From an uncultured Gemmatimonadales bacterium (GTDB taxonomy: Bacteria > Gemmatimonadota > Gemmatimonadetes > Longimicrobiales > Gaopeijiaceae): a stretch of 64,000 nucleotides of DNA. The notes below the pieces were generated by a model, which saw only the letters and a list, made by a program, of their open reading frames with translations, ran no database searches and was not told the origin of the DNA. Positions 48,295 to 57,681 of this stretch are shown here, piece by piece; the first letter of the stretch is position 1; every line of letters starts with the position of its first letter. The stretch covers positions 672,001 through 736,000 of the forward strand of contig CAWELD010000010.1 in the NCBI GenBank assembly GCA_963809895.1. Direction: 5' to 3'. The translations under genes were made by a program, and so were the position numbers.

Positions 48295-48836
48295 GTAACG
48301 AATCGGGGGCGTTCTCCAAGCCCGAGGCCGATCGGATCCTCCGGCGCGCCGCCGAGATCGAGGGGTCTGTCGAGTCGGGCCCGCTCTCTGCGGCCGAGCT
48401 GCGAATCATCGCGCGTGAAGCCGGGTTCGGAGCCGAGGCGGTGGATCGCGCCATCGCTGAAGTCCGCGACGCGGAGGCGGCGCAGCCCCGGTGGCCGCCC
48501 GTGCAGAAGTGGGGCGTGATCGTGACCCACCTGTCGGCCATCCGCGAAATCCCCGTGGAGATCAGCTCGGACGCGCTCATGAGGGCCGTCCGCCTGGCTC
48601 AACCCTACCGCGACGGCCCTCCTCAGGTCGGTCTCGACGAGCGCGAGGTGACGTGGCGCGACCGCAAGGGTCTCAAGTTCGGGATTCGCTCCGGTGGAGG
48701 CGTCACCGCCATTCGCGTGACGGTGTCCAAGCTGCTCGTCCGTCGGGGCCGTTGGATGGGGTGGGTTCGCGCCGCCGCCGACCGGCTCGAGACGCTGGTG
48801 GCGCTGGTGGCCCTGGAAGAGGACACGAGACGCTGA
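48291..48836 (+). CDS. Hypothetical protein, paralog of 12258 and 61120
   Basis: FSKPEADRILRRAAEIE...LSAAELRIIAREAG; TTGA-coupled. Confidence 0.75.
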   Translation: MSNESGAFSKPEADRILRRAAEIEGSVESGPLSAAELRIIAREAGFGAEAVDRAIAEVRDAEAAQPRWPPVQKWGVIVTHLSAIREIPVEISSDALMRAVRLAQPYRDGPPQVGLDEREVTWRDRKGLKFGIRSGGGVTAIRVTVSKLLVRRGRWMGWVRAAADRLETLVALVALEEDTRR

Positions 48837-48913
48837 GCAGGCGGCGTGAGTCGAGGTCGTGGTCGTAGCGGGCCCCGGCCGCGCCTGAGCGGCCTCGAGC
48901 CCCGGGAGAGCGC

Positions 48914-49459
48914 ATGCAGCGGGTGCTGGTGATCGGATGCGGGGGCGCCGGCAAGACCACCCTGGCCGTGTCGCTCGCTCACGCCACCGGGCTGCCGCTG
49001 ATTCACCTGGACGAGCTCTACTGGCGCCCACGGTGGGAGGCCACGCCCGCGGAGGAGTGGGAGGCCAGGGTGGACGAGCTGATTGCACGGCCCCGGTGGA
49101 TCATGGACGGGAACTACGGAGGCACCCTCGACCGCCGATTGGAAGCGGCGGACACCGTCATCTTCCTGGACATGCCTCGACTCGTCTGTATGCGACGCTT
49201 GCTCCAACGGCGCCTACGCTACCATCATCGATCGCGGCCGTCGCTACCCGCGGACTGCCCGGAGCGCCTCAGCCTGGAGTTCCTGTGGTGGGTGTGGACC
49301 TATCCCGAGCGGCGCCGGCCGGGGATCCTGGAGAAGCTGAGTGGCCTCGGGCCTGGAACGCGCGTGGAGATTCTCCGCGGCGAGCATGACGTGAAGCGGT
49401 TCCTGGGCGGCGAATGCAGACCCCGCAAGGGACGGCGAGGGGAGGCGAGCGGATCATGA
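48914..49459 (+). CDS. P-loop kinase-like protein (FlaR/topology modulation family)
   Basis: GCGGAGKTT, HLDELYW, WIMDGNY, ADTVIFLD, CPER. Confidence 0.88.
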   Translation: MQRVLVIGCGGAGKTTLAVSLAHATGLPLIHLDELYWRPRWEATPAEEWEARVDELIARPRWIMDGNYGGTLDRRLEAADTVIFLDMPRLVCMRRLLQRRLRYHHRSRPSLPADCPERLSLEFLWWVWTYPERRRPGILEKLSGLGPGTRVEILRGEHDVKRFLGGECRPRKGRRGEASGS

Positions 49460-50628
49460 CTGTGAAGAACTCCCGGCTCCGCGCTCTCGCACTGGGGATT
49501 TCCGCTGCCTCCGGCCTCACCCTCGCTTCCTGCGACGTGCCTTCCGGGGACGGCCCCGCCCGCTTCTCGCTCACCCCGGTTGCCCGCTTCGGAGACCTGG
49601 ACCAGGGCCTGCAGCTTCAGCGCATCCTCGACATCACGCTCAGTGAGTCCGGCGACACGGTGTTTCTGGTCCAGTGGACTCGTCCTTTCGTGCTCGCGGT
49701 GTCGGCCAGCGGCGATTCTCTCTTCACCGTGGGTCGCGGCGGGGGCGGACCCGGAGAATTCGGGTTCATGCCGGGGGCCGTCTCGGTTTCGGGGGACACC
49801 GTCTTTGCCGCCGACCAGAACTCGAGTTCGTTGATGGGCTTCGTCGGGGACCGGATGGTGGCCAGGGTCCAGCGGAAGCTGGCGCCGCTGGGCGACTTCC
49901 AGAGAGCGCCGTCCATCGTAGGTCGGACGCCGACGGGCGACCTCGCCTTCGCCGCGGGCTTCTCCCTCACGCCGGCATTGTCTGGCCAATTGGACCGGAT
50001 ACCCTGGGTCGTTGTTGGTCGGGCGGACGGCGCGGTTCGCGACACTGTGCTATGGAGTTCCCTCGCCGGCGGATTCTACCAGCTCACCTTCGACGATGGA
50101 GCCGTCATCATGGGGGCACATCCTATCGGGATGCCCGAGCGGGCAGCCGTGGACCCCAGCGGCCGAGGCCTGGTGAAGGCTCGCAGCGTGGAAGCGCCCG
50201 GCGGCGCCCCCGGGGTCGCCCTGACCTGGTACGGATGGTCGGGGGACTCGCTCGCAGCGATGGAGTTTCCGGCGGTGGCCGCATCGTCCGACGCCGCGAA
50301 AGAGCGCTTCGTGCAGGGGATGGCCGGCGACGCCCATTCCGAGGCGGCGGTGGCACGTGCCGTAGACGAGCAGATGGACTGGCCCGCCCTCCTGCCCGGC
50401 GTCCTCTCCGTCTTCATGGACCGGAATGGTCGCACCTGGGTGCAGAGTCCTGCCGCCAGCCCCGACTCTGCGCGCTGGTACCTCGTGGACCGGGACCGGA
50501 CGTTGGCCGGCTACGTCGTGCTACCCGAGCGTCTGAAGCTCATGGCCGCGCTGGACGACGACGTCTGGGGGTGGCTACCCGGAGCGTACGACGAGCCCAT
50601 CGTGATGCACTTCGTGCTGGGGCGCTGA
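49456..50628 (+). CDS. 6-bladed beta-propeller lipoprotein
   Basis: Lipobox LASC, GRGGGGPGEF, GAYDEPIV. Confidence 0.8.
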   Translation: MTVKNSRLRALALGISAASGLTLASCDVPSGDGPARFSLTPVARFGDLDQGLQLQRILDITLSESGDTVFLVQWTRPFVLAVSASGDSLFTVGRGGGGPGEFGFMPGAVSVSGDTVFAADQNSSSLMGFVGDRMVARVQRKLAPLGDFQRAPSIVGRTPTGDLAFAAGFSLTPALSGQLDRIPWVVVGRADGAVRDTVLWSSLAGGFYQLTFDDGAVIMGAHPIGMPERAAVDPSGRGLVKARSVEAPGGAPGVALTWYGWSGDSLAAMEFPAVAASSDAAKERFVQGMAGDAHSEAAVARAVDEQMDWPALLPGVLSVFMDRNGRTWVQSPAASPDSARWYLVDRDRTLAGYVVLPERLKLMAALDDDVWGWLPGAYDEPIVMHFVLGR

Positions 50629-51105
50629 CGCGGCTGCCGACTCGCCCGCTGAGCACTGCGCTTCCACGGTGAGCACGTTGCTCTGGATGATGTTGCCGGC
50701 GTCGTCCACGTAGGTGGGCTGCTCCCACCGGATCACACAGACCGTCGAGCCCTTTCGGATGCCGTAGATGCCCGAACCTGGACCATCGGCGAGGATCCCG
50801 GCTTCGGGCCGCCAGCCGGTCAGGTACAGGGTCGTCCCTGGCTCGGCCGTGAGATTCGGGACGCTGTCGCCGGCCAGAATGCTGTCACTGGTTTCCAACC
50901 GAAGCTGGCAACCCACCTTCGTGGAGCCATCCCAGAGGGAGTCGAACCTTCCGTCGCTCCGGAGCAGCGAGCCGTGCGGGACCGGGTCGAGGACCTCGTA
51001 CAGATCGTCGCAAGGGCTCTGGGCCGCGGCAGATCGGGGCGAAGTGCCGATCAGGACCGCGCCGACAACGAGTGTGGCGAAGGCAGGTCGCGCGGCCGGT
51101 CGCAT
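50575..51105 (-). CDS. Secreted hypothetical protein with four Cys
   Basis: Signal peptide AAA-Q; ADGPG motif. Confidence 0.65.
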   Translation of the reverse strand: MRPAARPAFATLVVGAVLIGTSPRSAAAQSPCDDLYEVLDPVPHGSLLRSDGRFDSLWDGSTKVGCQLRLETSDSILAGDSVPNLTAEPGTTLYLTGWRPEAGILADGPGSGIYGIRKGSTVCVIRWEQPTYVDDAGNIIQSNVLTVEAQCSAGESAAASAPQHEVHHDGLVVRSG

Positions 51106-51116
51106 CCCTCCCCACC

Positions 51117-51752
51117 TCACCGCGCAGCCCTGAGCGCTTCCAGATCCCCCGAGCAGATCGCCTTCATGTTGCGGGTGATCTTGTCGGCATCCCAATCCCA
51201 CCAGGCGATCTCGAGCAGGGCGGCCCGTACCTGCTCGTCGAACCGGTACCGCACCACCTGAGCCGGATTTCCCGCGACGATGGTGAAGGGCTCCACGTCA
51301 CGGGTGACGACCGACCCGGTGGCGACGATGGCACCGTGTCCGATCTCGACCCCGGGCATGATGGTGGCGCCGTATCCGATCCACACGTCGTGTCCGACGA
51401 CGGTGTCCCCCTTGTAGGGCCAGGACTCGGGCGCTGCGACTTCCCATCCCTCTCCGAAGATCGGGAAGGGGAAGGTGGTGAACCAGGTGGTGGCGTGGTT
51501 GCCGCCGTTCATGATGAAGCGCGTCTCGGCGGCGATGGAGCAGAAGCGGCCGATGATCAGGCGATCCCCGATGAAGTCGAAGTGGTAGAGCACGTTCCGC
51601 TCGAACTGCTCCGGCCCCTTGGGATCGTCGTAGTAGGTGTAGTCGCCCACCTCGATGGTGGGGCGCGTGATGAAGTTCTTGAGGAAGCCGAGGCGATCCG
51701 CGCCCTCGATCGGGTGGCGCAGGGAGGGGGAAGGGCCGTGCACGAGCATCAC
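51117..51752 (-). CDS. Vat/CatB-related hexapeptide O-acetyltransferase (streptogramin A acetyltransferase-like)
   Basis: VGDYTYYDD, NVLYHFDFIGDRLIIG.FCSIA, MNGGNH, KGDTVVGHDVWIG, WWDW. Confidence 0.9.
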   Translation of the reverse strand: MMLVHGPSPSLRHPIEGADRLGFLKNFITRPTIEVGDYTYYDDPKGPEQFERNVLYHFDFIGDRLIIGRFCSIAAETRFIMNGGNHATTWFTTFPFPIFGEGWEVAAPESWPYKGDTVVGHDVWIGYGATIMPGVEIGHGAIVATGSVVTRDVEPFTIVAGNPAQVVRYRFDEQVRAALLEIAWWDWDADKITRNMKAICSGDLEALRAAR

Positions 51753-51897
51753 CTCTGGCCGGTGTGGGGTAAGGGGTCGTCAACAGGCACACCAAAGTAA
51801 TGCCCAGGAACGGCGTCGCCCCCGTCCTTGTGCGAACAGCAGGGCGCGTGTTCGGTTTGGGGCTCGTCGCTCCCGGTCACTAGACATTCCGACAGGC

Positions 51898-52095
51898 ATG
51901 CCCTCCCTCTACTTCGCCTACGGCTCCAACCTGTGTCTGCCGCGCCTGGGACACCGCCTGCCGGGAGTGCGCGCGCGTGGCGTGGCTGACGAGAAGCCGC
52001 TCCTGGACCGGGTCGAGGAGCTGGGGACTCCGGTGCGCGCCCGTCGGGAACGCGCGTTTCTCGCCAACCTCTCCGGAGGTGGCGTTCGTCCATGA
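51898..52095 (+). pseudogene. Gamma-glutamylcyclotransferase remnant (65 aa, internally deleted)
   Basis: YFAYGSNL and LDRVE motifs present with intervening regions missing; stop overlaps the aph start (ATGA). Confidence 0.72.
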
Positions 52096-52892
52096 CGGAC
52101 ACTGTCCCGGCGAGCCCCCCCGTCCCGGACGCGGTGGCTGCACGCTACGCCGACTGGACGTTCGGGGTGGCATATCAGGCCGTGCCGCAGGCGATCACCT
52201 ATCGGCTCGTCGACGCATCCGGCGAGACGCGGTACCTGAAGATCGCCCAGGTCACCTGGACGCCCAGCCCCGAGGACGAGGCCGACCGCATGCGCTGGGC
52301 GGCACGGTACATCCAGGTTCCGGAGGTCCTCGAGGCGGGGCGCGACCAGGAGGTGAGTTGGCTCGTCACCCGAGCGATGCGTGGGCACGACGCCACCTGG
52401 GAGGGATTCCGGTCCGGCCCGGAGGCGCTGGTGGTGCACCTGGCCAGGGGACTGCGGCGCTTCCACGAGATCCCGGTGGCGGCGTGCCCCTTCGACTTCA
52501 CCCTGGACGCGGCGCTGGCCCTCGCGCGGCGGCGCCTCGCCAACGGCCAGATCGATCCGGAGCGCGACTTTCACCGAGAGCACGCCCATCTGGGCGCCGC
52601 CGAGGCCGTGGAGACGCTCGAACGGACGCGGCCCCCGTCGGAAGACCTCGTGGTATGTCATGGGGATTATTGTCTGCCCAACGTCCTCCTGGAGGGTGGC
52701 CGGGTGACCGGATACCTGGACCTCGGCGAGCTGGGGGTCGCGGATCGCTGGTGGGATCTGTCGGTGGCGAGCTGGAGCGTCACCTGGAACCTCGGATCGG
52801 GGCTGGAGGATCTCTTCCTCGACGCGTACGGGGCCCGCCGCGACAACGGTCGCCTCGCGTTCTTTCGCCTGCTGTACGACGTCGTGTCCTGA
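52092..52892 (+). CDS. Aminoglycoside 3'-phosphotransferase-like protein
   Basis: YLK, E..RMRW, LRRFH.IPVAACPF, VCHGDYCLPN, DLGELGVADRWWDL, FFRLL. Confidence 0.9.
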   Translation: MTDTVPASPPVPDAVAARYADWTFGVAYQAVPQAITYRLVDASGETRYLKIAQVTWTPSPEDEADRMRWAARYIQVPEVLEAGRDQEVSWLVTRAMRGHDATWEGFRSGPEALVVHLARGLRRFHEIPVAACPFDFTLDAALALARRRLANGQIDPERDFHREHAHLGAAEAVETLERTRPPSEDLVVCHGDYCLPNVLLEGGRVTGYLDLGELGVADRWWDLSVASWSVTWNLGSGLEDLFLDAYGARRDNGRLAFFRLLYDVVS

Positions 52893-53019
52893 CACTGCGG
52901 GCCGCATCCTCTCACTCGAGGACGGGCTGCATCCGAGGGAGGGGTGGCGAGCCCGAATCCGGACGCGCATGTTCGAGCCGCAGTAAAATCGCACTGGCTA
53001 CGATTCGCAGGGGACGGCG

Positions 53020-54201
53020 ATGCAGCTTCGGGGACTGGTGGGATTGGCGGTGGGCTTCTGCCTCACGGCGTGCACGGCCGGTGGTGACGCGGGGCAGCCT
53101 GCCGCCCTGATGAGGGATTCGGCGGGAGTCCGCATCGTCGAACATCCTCCGGGCCCGACCGACACGGTGACGACACCCGACCTCACCATCGGCGAGGAAG
53201 GGGATACCCTCTACGAGTTCTTCAACGTCATGGGCGTGCAGGGGCTTGCATCGGGCAACATCGTGGTGGCCAACGGGGGCACGGCAGAGCTCCGCTTCTA
53301 CGACGCCGACGGACGCTATCTTCGGGCCGTGGGTGCTCAGGGGGACGGCCCCGCCGAGTTCGGGTTTCTCAACGGTGTGACCGTGCTGGACGCCGACACC
53401 GTCTTGGCGCGCGATCCCCGCCGACGCAGGATGGTCTTCTTCGACTCGGCCGGGACTTTCCTGCGCGGTCAATCGGTGGCCGCGGACCTGGGTGTGGAGA
53501 TGCCTACCGGACGCCCGATCTGCGCGGTCCCCTCGTTCATCGGCCGATTGCGCAACGGTGCTCGGCTGGTGAGCGGTTGGAGCTGCTACGACCTGAAGGG
53601 GTCGGACGGGATCCGGTCCCTCGACTACCCGCTCGCTCTGGTCCGGGACTCGGCGCGCCAGCCGCTACGGGTCCTCGCCATCCGAAACGTCTGGGAGCGG
53701 GGCGACGCCGATGATCCCCGAAGACAGGTGGAGTTCATGCCCTTCGGGGGCGTGCCGACCTTCGACGTGCACGGCGATTACATCGTTCTGTCTGAAGGCG
53801 TGGCCTACGCCGTCGAGGTCTACGACGATGCCGGACGGCTCGTCCGGATCCTGCGGGAGGACGAAGATCCTCCGGCGGTGACGGACGAGGACCGGGACCG
53901 GTACGTGGCGGCACTCGGGGACGAGGGGCGGACGCATCCATCCGACGTTCCCTTTCCCGAGACCTTCGGGGCCTACAGCGAGTTGCACATTTCGTACGAG
54001 GGCGACATCTGGGCGAGGAGAATGGCGCATCCGGGTGCCACAACGGGCCAATGGGCCGTCTTCTCTCCGGACGGGATGTCGATCCGCAGGATCGTGCTGC
54101 CCGACGCGCGCCTCCAGGGCGTCCGCGGCGGCTTCGCCTACATGGTGCGCACCGACTCGTTGGGGCTGCAGACTGTGGAGCGATACGAGGTGGGACGATG
54201 A
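53020..54201 (+). CDS. 6-bladed beta-propeller lipoprotein
   Basis: Lipobox LTAC, RDSAGVRIVE, GAQGDGPAEF, TDSLGLQTV. Confidence 0.85.
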   Translation: MQLRGLVGLAVGFCLTACTAGGDAGQPAALMRDSAGVRIVEHPPGPTDTVTTPDLTIGEEGDTLYEFFNVMGVQGLASGNIVVANGGTAELRFYDADGRYLRAVGAQGDGPAEFGFLNGVTVLDADTVLARDPRRRRMVFFDSAGTFLRGQSVAADLGVEMPTGRPICAVPSFIGRLRNGARLVSGWSCYDLKGSDGIRSLDYPLALVRDSARQPLRVLAIRNVWERGDADDPRRQVEFMPFGGVPTFDVHGDYIVLSEGVAYAVEVYDDAGRLVRILREDEDPPAVTDEDRDRYVAALGDEGRTHPSDVPFPETFGAYSELHISYEGDIWARRMAHPGATTGQWAVFSPDGMSIRRIVLPDARLQGVRGGFAYMVRTDSLGLQTVERYEVGR

Positions 54202-55415
54202 GGATCCAGGCGCCGTGCCTTCTGATGGCCTTGCTGGCGGCCGGTTGCTCGGATGCCCCGGTCGGGACTCCCGAGGCGCTCCGTCGGGACAGCGCCGCCG
54301 TGCAGATCGTGGAGCACCCGCCCGGTGCCGTCGACGCCCTTCCGACGTGGCGCCTCGCCGACACCCCCGCGGTGCGGATCGGCGCGCTCGAAGGTGCCGA
54401 GGAGTACCGCTTCTATCGCATCGGAGGCTCCCTCGAGCTTCCCGGTGACACGCTCCTGGTAGTGAACGCCGGATCGCAGGAGCTCCGCTTCTACGACGGA
54501 GAGGGGCGCTTCGTGCGGAGCGTGGGCGGACGAGGCGAGGGGCCTGGCGAGTTCGCCGTCCCCACCGTGGTCTGGGAGCGCGCCGACTCTCTGGTGATCT
54601 GGGACGCCCGGCTGCACCGCCTGTCGTATTTCGATCACGCGGGCCGCTTCCTGCGCCTGGTCACCCCCGGGCGGGCCAGTGCCAACCCCGAGCTGTTGGG
54701 CGTGTTCGAGGATGGCTCCTTCCTGATCCAGGACCTGTGGCTGTCCCAGGTCAACGATGACATGAATCCCCAGTACCTCCACTTCGCGCGTTTCGGGGCC
54801 ACCGGGGAGTTCCTGGATTCGCTGCCGACGAAGACGTGGGGTCTCATCGGACGGCTGGGGGACTCGGGGCTGGTGGGCGGACCGCTCTTCGACAGCAAGA
54901 CCGTGACGGCCGGCGACACGCGGTCCTACTGGACGAGCCCGGGCGACGCACCGGAGGTGAGTCGTCACGCGCCCGACGGCAGTCTCACGCAGATCGTGCG
55001 CTGGTCGGAGGAGCCCCGGGCGGTCACCGACGCTCAGATCGACCGTTACTGGGGTGAGCGCATGGCGGCTTTCCAGGACAGCGAGAATTCCAACGCGCTC
55101 CGGCAGACCGAGGAGCTGCGGCGCTCCATGCCCGTCGCCGAGACCTTTCCGGTCGTGTCGGCGCTCCAGACCACGCGCGAGGGAGGGTTGTGGATTCAGC
55201 GCTACCACGCCCCGGTGGACGAGGGTCCCGAGGAGTGGCTGATCGTGGCGCCCGACGGTACCCTGTCCGCCCGGATCTTCCTTCCGGAGAACTTCCGCAT
55301 CCTCGAGGTAGCCGGAGGCTCGGTGGCCGGCGTGGAGACCGACGAACTGGACGTGGAGCGCTACGTCCGCTATCCGGTCGTGACGTCCGAGGTTGGAGGA
55401 GGCAGGCCAGGATGA
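54198..55415 (+). CDS. 6-bladed beta-propeller lipoprotein
   Basis: Lipobox AAGC, RDSAAVQIVE, GGRGEGPGEF, TDELDVE. Confidence 0.85.
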   Translation: MRIQAPCLLMALLAAGCSDAPVGTPEALRRDSAAVQIVEHPPGAVDALPTWRLADTPAVRIGALEGAEEYRFYRIGGSLELPGDTLLVVNAGSQELRFYDGEGRFVRSVGGRGEGPGEFAVPTVVWERADSLVIWDARLHRLSYFDHAGRFLRLVTPGRASANPELLGVFEDGSFLIQDLWLSQVNDDMNPQYLHFARFGATGEFLDSLPTKTWGLIGRLGDSGLVGGPLFDSKTVTAGDTRSYWTSPGDAPEVSRHAPDGSLTQIVRWSEEPRAVTDAQIDRYWGERMAAFQDSENSNALRQTEELRRSMPVAETFPVVSALQTTREGGLWIQRYHAPVDEGPEEWLIVAPDGTLSARIFLPENFRILEVAGGSVAGVETDELDVERYVRYPVVTSEVGGGRPG

Positions 55416-55951
55416 ACATCCGTGATGCCCAGCGCGAGCTCCGCTCGGCCTTTCTGGGTGGGTTCGTCGGACAGCTCGTGTCGGCGGTTCTATGGCTCGG
55501 TTCGGCCGCGCTCGCCGTGTGGAGCACCCCCCGGAACGCCATTCTCTTTCTGGTCATCGCCGGCTTCTTCATCTTTCCCCTCACGCAGCTCGGCCTCCGG
55601 TTGATGGGTCGGTCGGGCCGCGTCGGCGGCGAGAACACCCTGGGCGCCCTGGGGGCGCAGGTGGCTTTCGTGCTGCCTCTGTGCCTTCCGCTGGTGGCGG
55701 CGGCGGCGCTCTACCGCCTGGAGTGGTTCTACCCGGCCTTCATGATCGCGCTGGGCGCCCACTACCTGCCGTTCGCCTTTCTCTATGGAATGCGCATGTT
55801 CGCCGCGCTGGCCGGCGTCCTGTGGGTCTCCGGCGTGCTCCTGGGCACCCGGCTCGACCTCGGCTTCTCGGCCGGCGCCTGGTGGACGGGATGCGTGCTG
55901 GTGGTCTTTGCCATCCTCGGGCGGGCGCTGGTCCGGCGGGAGGAGGGGTGA
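55412..55951 (+). CDS. Membrane protein (DUF7010-like)
   Basis: GFVGQLVSA.LW, WFYPAFMIALGAHYLPF.FLYG. Confidence 0.8.
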   Translation: MNIRDAQRELRSAFLGGFVGQLVSAVLWLGSAALAVWSTPRNAILFLVIAGFFIFPLTQLGLRLMGRSGRVGGENTLGALGAQVAFVLPLCLPLVAAAALYRLEWFYPAFMIALGAHYLPFAFLYGMRMFAALAGVLWVSGVLLGTRLDLGFSAGAWWTGCVLVVFAILGRALVRREEG

Positions 55952-56038
55952 GGTCAGTCGAGTGCCACGGGCTCTTGCCGTTGCGCGGAGGCCCGCGGTA
56001 GGGCGGCGAACACACTCAAACACGGGAGCAAGAGGGCG

Positions 56039-57184
56039 ATGTGGTCGAGTGGATCGATCCTGGGGATCACCGTGGTGGTCACGGGCTTGGCGGGATGGTT
56101 GCCGCGTCCTGCCCCGGTGTTCAAGTGCCAAGGGCCGGGTGGCGACCCGCTGGCGGCCATCGACGGCGAGCTCTCGGATCTCGGCATGGAAGCGCTCGCG
56201 GGCGGCGAATTCATCCGGATCGAGGTCGTGTGCTTCGATCCGCGTGACTCGACGTTCAACTCGGACACTGGCCTCGATGTCGTGTCCGCCTGGACACGGA
56301 CCGGGCCATACTCGCAGCTCGAGCCGGCGTTGTCGGCGGTGGTGGAGGCCCAGGACAGGTATCTGCGGGCGCAAGGTCACTACGCCGACAAGTTGGACGC
56401 CCTTGATCTTCCGCCGGTCGCGGGCAGCGTGAGCCTTCGTCTGGAGGCGACTCCCGAGGGCTGGACGGGCACGGCCGGGCTCGCCCGTCTCTTCATGACC
56501 TGCTACGTCTTCGACGGCGCCGCGGCTCCACCCACCGCGGGCCTCACGCCCCGGGTGCCTCAATGCGTTCCCACCCGGGAACCGATGACGGCCCAGCGCC
56601 TTCCGGCGAACCCCGAAGCCGACTTCCGTGCGCTCGAGGAGGCACTGCTCTCGCCGCGTGTGGTGCGCATGGACTTCCACGTCACCGCCACGGGGGCAGC
56701 GGAGATCGAGGTGCGGGGGAGTCTCTCCGTCGACGCTCAGGGCGAGATCGAGCTCACCGCTCAGGGCGAGTTCGGCGGTCAGCCGGTGGACCTGGCCCTC
56801 CAGACCTCGGGAGAGGAATACGAATTCGGGAACGGTCCAGACCGGGTGCGCGAGCCACGACCTCCGGAGCTGCGCCAGGCATTGATGCTCGGGTTGACCC
56901 GCATGGGAATCCTGCACAACCTCGCGCGGCTCACGGGCAACGCGGCGCCGGATCACGCCGACGGGGGTGCGGACGACTGGGTACAGGCCCACGGCTTCGA
57001 CCAGGGCGAAACGCCGGGGTCGGTGGCCTTCGAACTCACTGTCGCCGGACAATCCTCGGGATCAGCAGAGCTCCAGTTCGATGCCCAGGGCCGTCCCGTG
57101 ATCCGCCATCAGACGGTGAACTTCCCGACGGGTGTGATGAATGTGGTCGAGCGGTACGAGAATGTGGTGATCCGGCGTGACTGA
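56039..57184 (+). CDS. Hypothetical exported multi-domain protein with pilin-head-like segment
   Basis: N-terminal hydrophobic segment; AQDRY...YA..L..L...GWTGTA...C...C; distinct C-terminal half. Confidence 0.65.
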   Translation: MWSSGSILGITVVVTGLAGWLPRPAPVFKCQGPGGDPLAAIDGELSDLGMEALAGGEFIRIEVVCFDPRDSTFNSDTGLDVVSAWTRTGPYSQLEPALSAVVEAQDRYLRAQGHYADKLDALDLPPVAGSVSLRLEATPEGWTGTAGLARLFMTCYVFDGAAAPPTAGLTPRVPQCVPTREPMTAQRLPANPEADFRALEEALLSPRVVRMDFHVTATGAAEIEVRGSLSVDAQGEIELTAQGEFGGQPVDLALQTSGEEYEFGNGPDRVREPRPPELRQALMLGLTRMGILHNLARLTGNAAPDHADGGADDWVQAHGFDQGETPGSVAFELTVAGQSSGSAELQFDAQGRPVIRHQTVNFPTGVMNVVERYENVVIRRD

Positions 57185-57635
57185 TGCGGCGCCCGACGCG
57201 GACGGCGTCCTGACTCTCGAATCCCGGAACACGGGCGAGCGGCTCCAGCTGCGGCGTCATGTCACGGTGCCGGCCGGAGGGTCGGTGGCGTTCTCCAGGG
57301 GAAGCGCCCACCGCTGGTGGAACGAGGGTGACGAGACGCTGGTCTTCGAAGGTCGGGCGTCACCGGCCGACGACCTGGACCGATACCTCCAGGCCGTCTT
57401 CGAGGCCTTCAACGCGGGGCCGGCCGATCGGCCTCCGCTCTTCTACATGGCGCACGTGCTGCACCGGCACCGGAAGACGCAGATCGCGTTGGTGGTGCCG
57501 CCGCTCGTCCAGCGACTCCTGTTCCCGTTGGTCATCGGGGTCGGACGGCTCCTGGGCAAGTACCGCGGGACGGATTGGCCGGGGTGCCCGGCACGCTGCG
57601 GCGGAGCGCCTACGCCGAGCACGGACGCCCGGTAG
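57177..57635 (+). CDS. Cupin-domain protein lacking cupin motif 1 (probable internal deletion)
   Basis: Motif 2 G.SV.F.RG.AHRWWN present; no HxH...E motif 1. Confidence 0.68.
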   Translation: MTDAAPDADGVLTLESRNTGERLQLRRHVTVPAGGSVAFSRGSAHRWWNEGDETLVFEGRASPADDLDRYLQAVFEAFNAGPADRPPLFYMAHVLHRHRKTQIALVVPPLVQRLLFPLVIGVGRLLGKYRGTDWPGCPARCGGAPTPSTDAR

Positions 57636-57640
57636 CGAAA

Positions 57641-57673
57641 CAGGGGGGCGGCCCGCCGGGACCGCCCCCCCTG
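57641..57673. terminator. GC-rich hairpin between convergent genes
   Basis: CAGGGGGGCGG...CCGCCCCCCCTG; TTTCG follows on the minus strand. Confidence 0.7.
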
Positions 57674-57681
57674 ATCATCGA

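Noticed and set aside
55948..56001. 17-aa GTGA-coupled ORF as a relay
   Set aside because: Ends 37 nt before the next start, so not coupled at the 3' end; may still be a remnant.
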